Below, piece after piece: positions 49,928 through 59,316 of a DNA stretch of 64,000 nucleotides (its first letter is position 1; each line of letters starts with the position of its first letter). Both the position numbers and the translations under genes were made by a program. The notes under the pieces are model-generated. The model was given only the letters and a program-made list of their open reading frames with translations. It had not been told where the DNA came from and ran no database searches. The DNA comes from a virus, in the IMG/VR virus record IMGVR_UViG_3300032220_000699, positions 1 through 64,000 of that record, one strand, 5' to 3'.

Positions 49928-50158
49928 TTACAAATCAGGTTGTTTGTGTTCTGGGAGAGCATCCATCTTATCAGCATGCTCTCTAGCAATTCTTACAATC
50001 TCAGGATCACCACCGTCTTTTTCTACTTCATCTGCCCAGAATCGGACAGTTTTACTTGCATGTTTATCTTTACCTAAAAGAAGAAAGACTGGCATGTCCT
50101 CAGGAATCTTGTTCTCAGGATCTTGAATACGATTGTAGTCTTCACGAGCATGTAACAT
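49928..50158 (-). CDS. Hypothetical protein
   Basis: 76 aa, AAGGAG RBS, PVFLL..KD..A...VRFWA motif. Confidence 0.7.
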   Translation of the reverse strand: MLHAREDYNRIQDPENKIPEDMPVFLLLGKDKHASKTVRFWADEVEKDGGDPEIVRIAREHADKMDALPEHKQPDL

Positions 50159-50161
50159 GAC

Positions 50162-50359
50162 TTACTCCTTATCTTTTAAACTAGACTCATAGATAATTCG
50201 TTTACCTAATTGAATCAATTCTTCACCTAGTTCTTTTGGAGAAATTGTTTTTTTAACATTGATAGCACGCCACTGCTGATTATTGAACAAAACACGTAGA
50301 CTACTCATGTCGCCTGTCTTTACCACTTCAATATCTTCTACAACACTAATAGCAGTCAT
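50162..50359 (-). CDS. Hypothetical protein
   Basis: 65 aa with an AGGAG RBS. Confidence 0.65.
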   Translation of the reverse strand: MTAISVVEDIEVVKTGDMSSLRVLFNNQQWRAINVKKTISPKELGEELIQLGKRIIYESSLKDKE

Positions 50360-50399
50360 TGTAATCTCCTAGTTAATTTCATAAAGTTTAGAATAAAAT

Positions 50400-50565
50400 A
50401 AAAAAAGAAAAACACTACCTGAAACAGGCAGTGTGAGTGCTTTTCATGTATTTAATAATTTCAGGGTAACGCCCTAATTCAAATCAGCTTAGGACTGACG
50501 ACCAGTGTGGTGTGTGCTAACGAGTCAGAGACTCTACCGCACACACTTCTCTTCCTACCTTAGTA
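50400..50565 (-). ncRNA. Candidate structured RNA or attenuator leader
   Basis: Four hairpins, three with G-U pairs that work only on the minus strand, ending in a terminator (50413-50433) with a U-tract; no convincing ORF. Confidence 0.35.
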
Positions 50566-50681
50566 GTTATAATCTTTGAATACCAAAACATTTTATAACA
50601 GTTTAAAATTAATCAATAAATAATTAAATAATTAAAAAATTAATGAAAGTATGATTTGACTAATAAACTAAGGAAATTCAA

Positions 50682-52946
50682 ATGGCAATAGGCGACTTAA
50701 TAGGTAGTGCTAAATCAGCCATGGGTTCTGTACAAGGTGCAGTTAGCTCAGCACAAAATATGGTTGGATCAGCTACTTCAGGTTTAAATATTACATCAAA
50801 AACAGATCAGTCAAGAGCTATCGAATCAATCGACTCAACTTTTGACAGAGAATGGTTAAAGAGTACTTTTATTCTTAGAGACGAAGATATAGTTTTAGGT
50901 GATGAATACAGTAAGTGGGTGAGAAAGAATCGTTACATTTCTTCAGCTGACTTTAAGTATACATCTACAGCACCTGGTATGAATATGGCTGTTAATCCTA
51001 AGCCACAATTCACACGTTATGCAGATCCTCGTGTTAGAGGTAAACTTGAATCAAGACCAGAGTTTATTTCTGTGGCAACAACAGGACATCAACATGGTTT
51101 AGGTATGGGTCGTTATTATTCGGAAGCTTTCGATGATAATCAACAACGTATCTTTATGAGATTCGGTGTACCTAAATATATCCCTCTTCTTCTTTGGATA
51201 TATAAGTCATTCGACGTTGATAAAGTTGTTCTTCAGAATAGAGGTGTTATTACTTCTACACTTATTGAAACAGTTGGTCTTATTGCTAAGATGTTTGCTA
51301 TTGCAACAGCACCACTGTTAGCTTTTGGTATGTTTGCTGCGAATGTCATTACTCAGAGTAGTCGTTTCTATTCTGTTAAAGATACAATGTATACTTATTG
51401 GTGTACTGTTGAAAACATCCTTAACCAAATGGCTGCTCGTAGAACAATGATTCCCCATGTTCTTCAAGACTTTACATTCCGTTTAGATAGTCGTATTGGT
51501 ACAGAACAGAAACCAACAGAGAAATTCTTAACTGGGTTTAATGAGATTCTTCCTGATGTTATTAATCCAGAAACTGGACGTATCAGTGTTTTTGCTTTGG
51601 CTTTAAGAGCACAAGCTGCTTTTAACAAAATGAAGAAAGCTGATGTCGAGAAGAATGAATCTAAAACTATCTCGAGTGATTTTACAGGTTATCCTGAGAC
51701 AGGTAATACTTCCCACGATACCTATTTCACGAATAAAGAAGGTAAGGCAACTTTGTTCACAGAGTTGTTATTTAAACGTGCCTATGATTTATTAATCAAA
51801 GATGATAAGGATAACACCGTAAGTCTTGATCAAGATAACAGTACAAATCAAAGTGGTCTTATTGATTTTGATCCAACATGGACTGACGAGAATGGTAAGA
51901 TCCTTTCTCCTAAAGTAAATAAGGATAATCCTGAAGACTCTGTTGAAAAACAAGTCATGGAAAATGCTGAAAAGAAAAAGGATAAATGGGGTAAGTATAA
52001 AGAATACATGATGGCAGAGTTATCTGAAGGTGCTGCCTTTGCTGTATTTAATGTTGAGTATACCGGTTCTATTGGTGAGTCATTTAGCAACTCTTTCGGA
52101 TCTAATCCATTAGAGTCAACATTTAATTCTATCAGTTCAAAAGCACGTAACTTAACTGACTTAATGTCTTCAGCTGCTAATATTCCTGTCGTAGGCGATG
52201 CAATGAAATTTGCAGCAGATGCAGGTGCTAAGATTCTGAGTGAGGCTAGTTTTGGTCTTGCTAACCCACTTCTTGCACTGGCTTATGGTGTTAACATCAC
52301 TATGCCTAAGGTTTGGGAATCTAGTTCAGCCACACTACCTAGAGCGAGTTATAAGATGAAACTTATTTCTCCTTATGGTAATGCATACTCTCAGTTATTT
52401 AATATCTATCTTCCTATGGCTATGCTTCTTGCCGGTAGCCTTCCTAGGTCAACTGGTAATACTTCTTACACCTATCCATTTTTCTGTCAGCTCTTTGACA
52501 GAGGTAGAACAAATATTCAGCTTGGTATGATTGAGTCTGTATCATTTACTCGTGGTACATCTAATCTTGGTTTTAGTCGTGCTGGTCATCCTAATGCAAT
52601 TGATATTGATTTCTCTGTTGCTAATCTTGACGAAATGATAGCAGTTGATGTTTCACAATCTGGTGTACTTGGTAAAGCAATGGCTGCACTTAGTCCAGAC
52701 TTTAGTGACAGTCCTTTTGTTTCTTATCTTAACACAATTACTGCTGTTGATGTTTATACACAAATTTACCGTATACCTATGCTTAGACTTAAACTCGCTG
52801 AACGTATAGCGACATTAAAATCAGTAGTAAATCCAGATCCAGCAGCATTTGCCGCTATGACAGTTCAAAACTTCCCAGGACTTGGTTTTGCTAGAAATGT
52901 TCTTGGTGATAATCACCAAGCGTTACAAGATATAACAATGCGTTAA
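50682..52946 (+). CDS. Virion structural protein (phiKZ gp182-like)
   Basis: 754 aa, AAGGA RBS, syntenic with the gp180- and gp181-like genes. Confidence 0.6.
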   Translation: MAIGDLIGSAKSAMGSVQGAVSSAQNMVGSATSGLNITSKTDQSRAIESIDSTFDREWLKSTFILRDEDIVLGDEYSKWVRKNRYISSADFKYTSTAPGMNMAVNPKPQFTRYADPRVRGKLESRPEFISVATTGHQHGLGMGRYYSEAFDDNQQRIFMRFGVPKYIPLLLWIYKSFDVDKVVLQNRGVITSTLIETVGLIAKMFAIATAPLLAFGMFAANVITQSSRFYSVKDTMYTYWCTVENILNQMAARRTMIPHVLQDFTFRLDSRIGTEQKPTEKFLTGFNEILPDVINPETGRISVFALALRAQAAFNKMKKADVEKNESKTISSDFTGYPETGNTSHDTYFTNKEGKATLFTELLFKRAYDLLIKDDKDNTVSLDQDNSTNQSGLIDFDPTWTDENGKILSPKVNKDNPEDSVEKQVMENAEKKKDKWGKYKEYMMAELSEGAAFAVFNVEYTGSIGESFSNSFGSNPLESTFNSISSKARNLTDLMSSAANIPVVGDAMKFAADAGAKILSEASFGLANPLLALAYGVNITMPKVWESSSATLPRASYKMKLISPYGNAYSQLFNIYLPMAMLLAGSLPRSTGNTSYTYPFFCQLFDRGRTNIQLGMIESVSFTRGTSNLGFSRAGHPNAIDIDFSVANLDEMIAVDVSQSGVLGKAMAALSPDFSDSPFVSYLNTITAVDVYTQIYRIPMLRLKLAERIATLKSVVNPDPAAFAAMTVQNFPGLGFARNVLGDNHQALQDITMR

Positions 52947-53047
52947 TAGATAGCTCTAGAAGCTTCGTAATCGCTCTGTAAGCGATTTAAAACACTAACA
53001 TGATGAATGTTACTAGCAAGAAAAATAAACGCTTAAAACACGTAAGA

Positions 53048-53078
53048 AACATCCAGAGGGAATAACCCTCTGGATGTT
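53048..53078. terminator. Terminator
   Basis: 13-bp perfect stem with AATAA loop. Confidence 0.8.
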
Positions 53079-53091
53079 ATCTTTTCAGATA

Positions 53092-54024
53092 TTACTGTGC
53101 AGCTACTTCGGCCGGCGCTTCAGCCAGGGATGCGGCAGCAGCCAAATCAGGATTGTCAACAGTTGCCGGAACAATTGCATCATTAGCTTGACCTTCGGCA
53201 GCCTTCTGAGAAGCTTCAGCCTCACGAGCCTGTTGTTTCGCAACAGCAACGCGATACAGATCATCATAGTTTACATCACGCAGGATAACGAAGATTTCCT
53301 TACGAACGATGTAGTCAAACATACGAACAGACCAGTCTTCAAAACCATGCTGTTGAACCAGTTGGTTCATGATCTTGCCATTGGTAGCCGAGACATCCAT
53401 TTCTTCAACGATGTGACGGATATTGGCAGTCATCTTATCCAGAACTTCAATCTCTTCCGGAGCAACAACAGCATTCTGGAAGAACAGTGCAAACTGCTCT
53501 TCAGTCAGACGGACAGGCAGACCCAGACCGAGGTGAACTTGGTTGACCGGATCACGTTGATCACCCATGAAGAATGCGGCTTCTTCAAAGTTCAGATCAG
53601 CACCGACAGCACCAAGAATGTCGCAACCCAGTTCTTCGACGAGTTCACGCTTAGCAGCAGCCAGGCAGGTGTCAACCAGGTCTTGCTTGGTCATAACGAA
53701 ATGATCAGTGGTGTCTTCAGCAGTATGCCTGGATTGACACTTGATTTCGTCAGCATCATCAATGTGACCACCGAAACCGATAGAAACCTTAGACAGCAGA
53801 CGATCATCACCACCCTTAGCAGCACGCTTGTACTGAGCAAACAGAAGTTTACCTTCAGCATGCTTGGGCGTATAGAAAACAACATAAGGAACAACTTGCA
53901 GGAACTTATTGTTCGGGTCTTCGCAGATATCACGTGCGACCATACAGCTGTCGATGGTCTCAGCTTCACCACGGATCAGAGCACCGATTTCTTCCATCGA
54001 ATTGATACAGAGAGCGCGCTTCAT
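53092..54024 (-). CDS. Nudix-family hydrolase
   Basis: E.DP...QVVPY..Y.R..GG.D.RL..K.SIGFGGHID..A.KRELVEELG; ATG at 54024 after AGGAG. Confidence 0.8.
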   Translation of the reverse strand: MKRALCINSMEEIGALIRGEAETIDSCMVARDICEDPNNKFLQVVPYVVFYTPKHAEGKLLFAQYKRAAKGGDDRLLSKVSIGFGGHIDDADEIKCQSRHTAEDTTDHFVMTKQDLVDTCLAAAKRELVEELGCDILGAVGADLNFEEAAFFMGDQRDPVNQVHLGLGLPVRLTEEQFALFFQNAVVAPEEIEVLDKMTANIRHIVEEMDVSATNGKIMNQLVQQHGFEDWSVRMFDYIVRKEIFVILRDVNYDDLYRVAVAKQQAREAEASQKAAEGQANDAIVPATVDNPDLAAAASLAEAPAEVAAQ

Positions 54025-54096
54025 AAAAACTCCTAATTGACTTGTTTGGGAAATCCATACAATATAACTTGTCATTAAAAAATAAAAAAAAAAAAT

Positions 54097-54120
54097 ACAA
54101 CCACCGGTTAAGGTGGTTGT
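54097..54120 (-). terminator. Intrinsic terminator
   Basis: 9-bp perfect stem with a U-tract on the minus strand. Confidence 0.75.
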
Positions 54121-54137
54121 ACTTAACTTCGAGGATA

Positions 54138-54842
54138 TTAAACCTGAGCTACCTCTTCGACAACACCACTCTCAGTGTTTTCGATAACAGGTTCATCTTC
54201 ACCGTCGGGTTTGACTTTCTGTTGAGGTTTGTTCGGCTTGGTTTTCGGTTGAACCGGTTCCAGGTTAAAGTTCTTACGAACCACCTGGTCGATCCAGCCT
54301 TGAAGTTTCTTCAGTTCGAAACCAGGAATAATCTTCTCGGATTCGATTTTACCAAGCCCGGAATGATTACCGTGCTCGATGTTCAGTTTGACAAGAGCCT
54401 TGATAATGTCCGCATTCTTTTGATTCTGCGGAAATTCTTTAAGGCCGTTAGCGTGGATGCGATATTCTGCCCAGGGAAGATCAAGCAGATTCACACCACC
54501 TGCGGTCGACTGCTTAACCAGCGCTCCGTGCAACGAGGAAAGCTGATACCATTTAGCGAGATACAATGCTTGTTGGTAGAGCACCTGCGTGTCGCGGTCA
54601 AGGTAAGGCAGACGAGTCGGCTTACCAGAGTGACGTTGAGTTTCATCACCATAGTGGAGCCAAGAAACAAAACTTTGCGGAGAAAGGAATTCCCCCAACT
54701 GAGGGATGAAGAAAGCGCGACGCCAATTCATACTGGCGTATTTTCCGATCTTGGTTTCGCCAAAAGGAGCAAGCAAAACATGATCAACACCGTCTTGTTT
54801 GAATGCAACCTTAATCATAGCCTCTTTAATAGAGAGTGACAT
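54138..54842 (-). CDS. Hypothetical early protein
   Basis: 234 aa, GAGGA RBS, early-like motif at 54911-54925, high-expression codons. Confidence 0.75.
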   Translation of the reverse strand: MSLSIKEAMIKVAFKQDGVDHVLLAPFGETKIGKYASMNWRRAFFIPQLGEFLSPQSFVSWLHYGDETQRHSGKPTRLPYLDRDTQVLYQQALYLAKWYQLSSLHGALVKQSTAGGVNLLDLPWAEYRIHANGLKEFPQNQKNADIIKALVKLNIEHGNHSGLGKIESEKIIPGFELKKLQGWIDQVVRKNFNLEPVQPKTKPNKPQQKVKPDGEDEPVIENTESGVVEEVAQV

Positions 54843-54961
54843 TTTTATATCCTCATTAGCTCAGGTTGAAAAACTCCTAACGTAGAGCCATTGTTAAGAG
54901 TAGGGTCAAATATTAAATATGTAACTGATAATAATTCAGCTGCATATCTGGGAATCTTGGT

Positions 54962-54988
54962 GTCCATGGAGGATTAACCTCCATGGAC
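54962..54988 (-). terminator. Intrinsic terminator
   Basis: 11-bp perfect stem with ATTAA loop. Confidence 0.7.
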
Positions 54989-55005
54989 TTTATTTCTACC
55001 TTCCG

Positions 55006-55665
55006 TTAGTTAAGACTAAATGTCTCGAAGAAGGGTTTGATCATGGTTACGTTATCATTGGAGTCCATATACTGGATCTTACCAACAATGTAAATTTTCC
55101 CTTCGTCTACATCTGTATTGACTGAGAAAGGAACAATGTCGCCGTAATCAGAGTAGAGAGAATAGACCCTTTCAAGTTTATCATCCTCAATACTGACAAT
55201 AGCAAAAATATAGTTCTCGTATTCTTCATCATAACCAACAAGGAAGATACGATTTTTCTTTTGAATATAACTGAAAATGTCGATGGACTTAAGACAACTT
55301 AAACTATCAATAATGCCATCGGGTTGACGGTAAACAATCTGTTCAGTGTACTCGACTTCATCCTTATCAGTTATTTTGAATTTATAGGCTTTATCGTTAA
55401 ACTGGATAATTCCGATAAAGGTATATTCGTTGCCATTGTTGCAGAAGGGTTTAAAGAACTTAATACTGGTGAAGTTTTCAAAACCGTTAGGTGTCTTAAC
55501 TTCATCAATATTCTCGATCAGGAAAAACTTATCTGTGGTGATTTTGTAAAGCTTGTGTTCCTCACGATCAAAGAAGAAAAAGAAAATATTGAAACGATCA
55601 GAGTACACAAATAAATGTTCGCCGTTGAACTCAAGATCCGACAGCTTAATTTCTTTGTCTTGCAT
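55006..55665 (-). CDS. Hypothetical acidic protein
   Basis: 219 aa with a GGAGGT RBS. Confidence 0.75.
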   Translation of the reverse strand: MQDKEIKLSDLEFNGEHLFVYSDRFNIFFFFFDREEHKLYKITTDKFFLIENIDEVKTPNGFENFTSIKFFKPFCNNGNEYTFIGIIQFNDKAYKFKITDKDEVEYTEQIVYRQPDGIIDSLSCLKSIDIFSYIQKKNRIFLVGYDEEYENYIFAIVSIEDDKLERVYSLYSDYGDIVPFSVNTDVDEGKIYIVGKIQYMDSNDNVTMIKPFFETFSLN

Positions 55666-55689
55666 AACTACCTCCGTAATTAGTCCGAA

Positions 55690-55718
55690 ACTCTAGGGAG
55701 ATTAACTCCCCCTAGAGT
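55690..55718 (-). terminator. Hairpin/terminator
   Basis: ACTCTAGGG..CCCTAGAGT stem. Confidence 0.6.
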
Positions 55719-55729
55719 CGCGGCGCAAA

Positions 55730-56215
55730 TTACTTGCCGAACATGCCAGCAAATTCTTCCGACATGGAATCGCGGACAGCCTTCAGGCCGTTGCCCTTGA
55801 CAGAGGAAGAGGAGACGGTCGTCTGCATAACGAGATGCTTGACAACTTCCTTTTCATCCGGGTTCTTTGCCAGATGGTTCTGGAAAGTCTTGGTGCGAGC
55901 CACAGAAATATTGATGCTGTCATTCTTACCGAAGTAACCAACTTCAGCTTCAACAGCTTCAACAGCCTTGTCACCCTTGAAGATTTCGGCAGCCATTTCG
56001 CCGACAGCGATGTGCGTGGCGGTAACGAACTTACCGTTGTACTTCGACAGTTCTTCAACCGTATCAGCGGTGATACCTTCCGGCAGGTTTTCGACATAGG
56101 TCGAACGCGGCACAGTTTCCTTGATAGCGGAACCTTGGGCTACGAGACCACCCTTGATTTTTGCGGCGAGATCAGAATGCTTTTGCAGGTTTTCTGCTTT
56201 GAAATTGACGGACAT
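55730..56215 (-). CDS. Highly expressed hypothetical protein
   Basis: 161 aa, AAGGAG RBS, strong codon bias, early motif at 56373-56387. Confidence 0.8.
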   Translation of the reverse strand: MSVNFKAENLQKHSDLAAKIKGGLVAQGSAIKETVPRSTYVENLPEGITADTVEELSKYNGKFVTATHIAVGEMAAEIFKGDKAVEAVEAEVGYFGKNDSINISVARTKTFQNHLAKNPDEKEVVKHLVMQTTVSSSSVKGNGLKAVRDSMSEEFAGMFGK

Positions 56216-56484
56216 CTTTTAACTCCTTGTTGATATGATCTGATTGATCACGGGTCTAGGTAGGGAATCTATTACTGAGATTAGGCACTGGATCAAAAAC
56301 TGCTTGATAACCAGATAACCAATTGATAGTGTTAATCAATAAAAAAATAATAACATTGTACTTAGAGACACTTAATATATATGTTACTAATTTAGCTTCC
56401 AAAACACAAACCACTTATGAAAATTTAAATAAATATGAGAATCCTTTTACAACTTACTTCCAACTATTCATAAAGGTGGGTTAA

Positions 56485-56970
56485 ATGCAAACTTTAACAC
56501 CATGTTGTAACAACAACACATTGATGAACAAATTTTATAAGAATCTGACTTTGTTCTTATTCTTCGTTCTTCCTTCAAAGATCGCAAACATCTTCATCAA
56601 TCTTTCTATCTTGGCAATTATATACGATATTCGGAATATCAATTTTTGTACTGACAAGATAAACACCGATCGCATCCACTCTTTATTGAAAGTAACTGTT
56701 AGCGAAGAAATTTTACTATTACCCAATTACACCATTCATTGGTTTTGGGATGAAAATTTCCTTAACACAAAAACAACAATCAACAATCAAGAATACACTC
56801 TGAAACAGATCATTTATGATTCTGGACTGTTTTTCAGTCATATGAGATTGGTTATCGATATGTTCCTTAACCATCTTCCGAACACAATGAAAATGAAGTT
56901 AGGTGTGAGTGACGCAAGAAAGCGCATTGCTGTTAAGCACAATTTAATGAACATCCTTATTTATAGTTAA
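56485..56970 (+). CDS. Hypothetical protein
   Basis: 161 aa, AGGTGG RBS, followed by a terminator. Confidence 0.55.
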   Translation: MQTLTPCCNNNTLMNKFYKNLTLFLFFVLPSKIANIFINLSILAIIYDIRNINFCTDKINTDRIHSLLKVTVSEEILLLPNYTIHWFWDENFLNTKTTINNQEYTLKQIIYDSGLFFSHMRLVIDMFLNHLPNTMKMKLGVSDARKRIAVKHNLMNILIYS

Positions 56971-56977
56971 ACTGAAA

Positions 56978-57009
56978 ATACTAGAAGGAGCACTGGCTCC
57001 TTCTAGTAT
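56978..57009. terminator. Terminator between convergent genes
   Basis: 14-bp perfect stem. Confidence 0.8.
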
Positions 57010-57017
57010 CTTTATCT

Positions 57018-57413
57018 TTAATCAAATGTAGCAGCAAGAATAAACAGATTATCAAGTTGCTCATCTGTAAGACCAAACGCTGAAGCAATCTGACCAAGTA
57101 ATGGCGCATTACGTTTTACAGTGGCAGCGTATTCCCATTCAATTCGAGCAGCCTGTCCTTGGACCCCAGGCATGTTAGCAATGGCTGTATCAACTTGTTG
57201 AAGCAGACCATATTGAAGCAGAGCAAGCTTAGCTTGTCGCATGGTTACTTCTTGAGGGACATTTCCATTAGCTACAATATCAGGAATAGGTTCTAAAGAA
57301 CCAATATGAAGCTCTATAGTAGAATATTGATCAGTTGTTAACGGTAGTCTTTGTGTAAGAATACCGTCATCATATACTTCAAAGAAATCTTCAAATACTT
57401 TAACTTTTCTCAT
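57018..57413 (-). CDS. Probable tail-fibre-associated or assembly protein
   Basis: VPQEVTMRQAKLAL..G.L..V..A.IEWEYA..V.R..PL..GL..EQLD.LF motif, common beside phage fibre genes. Confidence 0.65.
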   Translation of the reverse strand: MRKVKVFEDFFEVYDDGILTQRLPLTTDQYSTIELHIGSLEPIPDIVANGNVPQEVTMRQAKLALLQYGLLQQVDTAIANMPGVQGQAARIEWEYAATVKRNAPLLGQIASAFGLTDEQLDNLFILAATFD

Positions 57414-57421
57414 ATGTCCTC

Positions 57422-58021
57422 TTATTCAGTAACGTAAACGGCTGGTATATTACCAGTGTTAATTGTAAAGTCTTTAGGTGCAACAGCAGGTAAAACAGAA
57501 TTTGTCAAATTTCTATACAAATGAGTATAGATAGCTGTTGAATTAGCGACTCTTCCTAAATAAGGATAAATTGATGCAGATGCAAGTGCTCTTAATGTTG
57601 GAGCGCCATAGCAGATAATACCAATCCAATATAACAAATCTTTATTAAAACTAAAATCAATAATGGCTTCTTTATCACCAGTCGATGTTGTAATCAATGT
57701 ATCTACAAAATCTAATAGATTGCCAGGATTATCACTTCCATTTACTAATTTTGTATTATCATAAATACCAACAGAACAACCACTATTACTAGCTTGTGAT
57801 GTTACTGATATTTTTACTTTATCTGCTTTAAATTGCCTTGGTGTCTGGAATGGAAAAACATATAAACGTTTGGTAACCATAGCTATAGTTCCCAAAGCTG
57901 TGCCATTCATATCACCTAACACACGAGAAGATTCTTTACGTGTTATAGATGCTAAAGCACCGATACCATTATTACCAAGCTGTTCTTTATTTGTTAACAT
58001 GCTACTTTTAGTAGTTCGCAT
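57422..58021 (-). CDS. Beta-rich fibre tip or decoration protein
   Basis: 199 aa; paralogous to the C-terminus of 58030..58725 (MVTKRLYVFPF..LYWIGI..PTLRA..NIPAVY). Confidence 0.65.
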   Translation of the reverse strand: MRTTKSSMLTNKEQLGNNGIGALASITRKESSRVLGDMNGTALGTIAMVTKRLYVFPFQTPRQFKADKVKISVTSQASNSGCSVGIYDNTKLVNGSDNPGNLLDFVDTLITTSTGDKEAIIDFSFNKDLLYWIGIICYGAPTLRALASASIYPYLGRVANSTAIYTHLYRNLTNSVLPAVAPKDFTINTGNIPAVYVTE

Positions 58022-58029
58022 AATTATCC

Positions 58030-58725
58030 TTACTCAACTAAATATATGGCAGGTATATTTGTTGTTCCGCTTAGTAAGTCAGTTGGACCTAAAGCAGGAA
58101 GACCAAATGTACCATAATCTTTATACAGATGACTTACACCTGTATTACTAGAAGGAACACGTCCTAACGATGAAGCAACAGAATAAATATTGACAGCTCT
58201 TAGTGTTGGAGCTGAACTACACATAATAGCAACCCAATAAAGTGTATTAGGCTGAAACACAAATGAGCTAGCAGAATCTTTATTGCCATTAGGTGCACCA
58301 GTCGACATTGTGACCGATGTCAGTAGTTGGTAAGGATTATCATTGCCGTTAGCAATCTTTATATTATTATAAACACCGATAGCAGCATTTCCTGCAGACT
58401 GACCAGTGACACTAATTCTAAAATTAGTTAAAGTTAATTCTCTCGGTGTGACAAAGGGAATAACATATAAACGTCTTGTAACCATAGCCTGTGTGGCTAA
58501 AGCATAAATATTATTATCTCCTACAATTTTAGGAGATTCTTTTCTAACAGGGAAAGGAATTAAATCACTACCTGTTCCTCCGCCTCCAGATAACTGAAGG
58601 GAGCTTATTCCGTCTTTGTCTGTTACGTGAACAGTTAAGATGCCAGCGGTGTTAACAAAATAAATGCTATCAGGTTCTAACACCGCTGGCAAACTGTTGA
58701 CTTTAAAGAACTTGATTGATGACAT
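58030..58725 (-). CDS. Chimeric virion protein
   Basis: N-terminus IKFFKV..LPA.LE shared with 58728..59291, then a Gly linker, then the domain shared with 57422..58021. Confidence 0.7.
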   Translation of the reverse strand: MSSIKFFKVNSLPAVLEPDSIYFVNTAGILTVHVTDKDGISSLQLSGGGGTGSDLIPFPVRKESPKIVGDNNIYALATQAMVTRRLYVIPFVTPRELTLTNFRISVTGQSAGNAAIGVYNNIKIANGNDNPYQLLTSVTMSTGAPNGNKDSASSFVFQPNTLYWVAIMCSSAPTLRAVNIYSVASSLGRVPSSNTGVSHLYKDYGTFGLPALGPTDLLSGTTNIPAIYLVE

Positions 58726-58727
58726 GC

Positions 58728-59291
58728 TTACCAGTCAGCTTGTTCTAAACGAGCACGCGGATGATTGCCAGCGTATTGCAGATCACCGTTAGCATCTTCA
58801 CCGATCTTATTCAGTTCGGTCATGTTAGCATGGGTGTGACGCTGAGCAACAGCAGAATCAATATCGGCAACAGAAGAAGCCGGCTTGTTCTGAATAGCAG
58901 CCCAGGTCAGTGTGACATCGAGTGACTCATATTCAGAAACCTTAACCCATGTGCTATTAGAAGAACGCCATGCATAGGTAGCAGCACCGCTAGCAACAGT
59001 TGCATCGCCAGTTGCATCCAGAACCAGAACAAACTTATTACCGGTTAAGGACAGAGCGTCACGAGCTGCAATATTATCAACGATTTCGAAAGCATTGCTA
59101 GCGGAAATCGAACTATTGATCATCGACTGGATGTCGTCGATGTTAACGATACGACGGACAACAGACGCATCAGCGCTGGTCACGTACATCTCAACGTGAT
59201 TAGGTTTGGCGACTGGTGCGACGTAGTAAACTGCGTGGCCTTCCAGGATTGCCGGAAGAGTCGTTACCTTGAAAAACTTAATAGCTGCCAT
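58728..59291 (-). CDS. Virion (fibre-associated) protein
   Basis: 187 aa, AAGGAG RBS, W..IQNKP.SS.ADID.AV...HTH.N motif, high-expression codons. Confidence 0.7.
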   Translation of the reverse strand: MAAIKFFKVTTLPAILEGHAVYYVAPVAKPNHVEMYVTSADASVVRRIVNIDDIQSMINSSISASNAFEIVDNIAARDALSLTGNKFVLVLDATGDATVASGAATYAWRSSNSTWVKVSEYESLDVTLTWAAIQNKPASSVADIDSAVAQRHTHANMTELNKIGEDANGDLQYAGNHPRARLEQADW

Positions 59292-59316
59292 GTTTGTACT
59301 CCTTGTGAAAAAAAGA

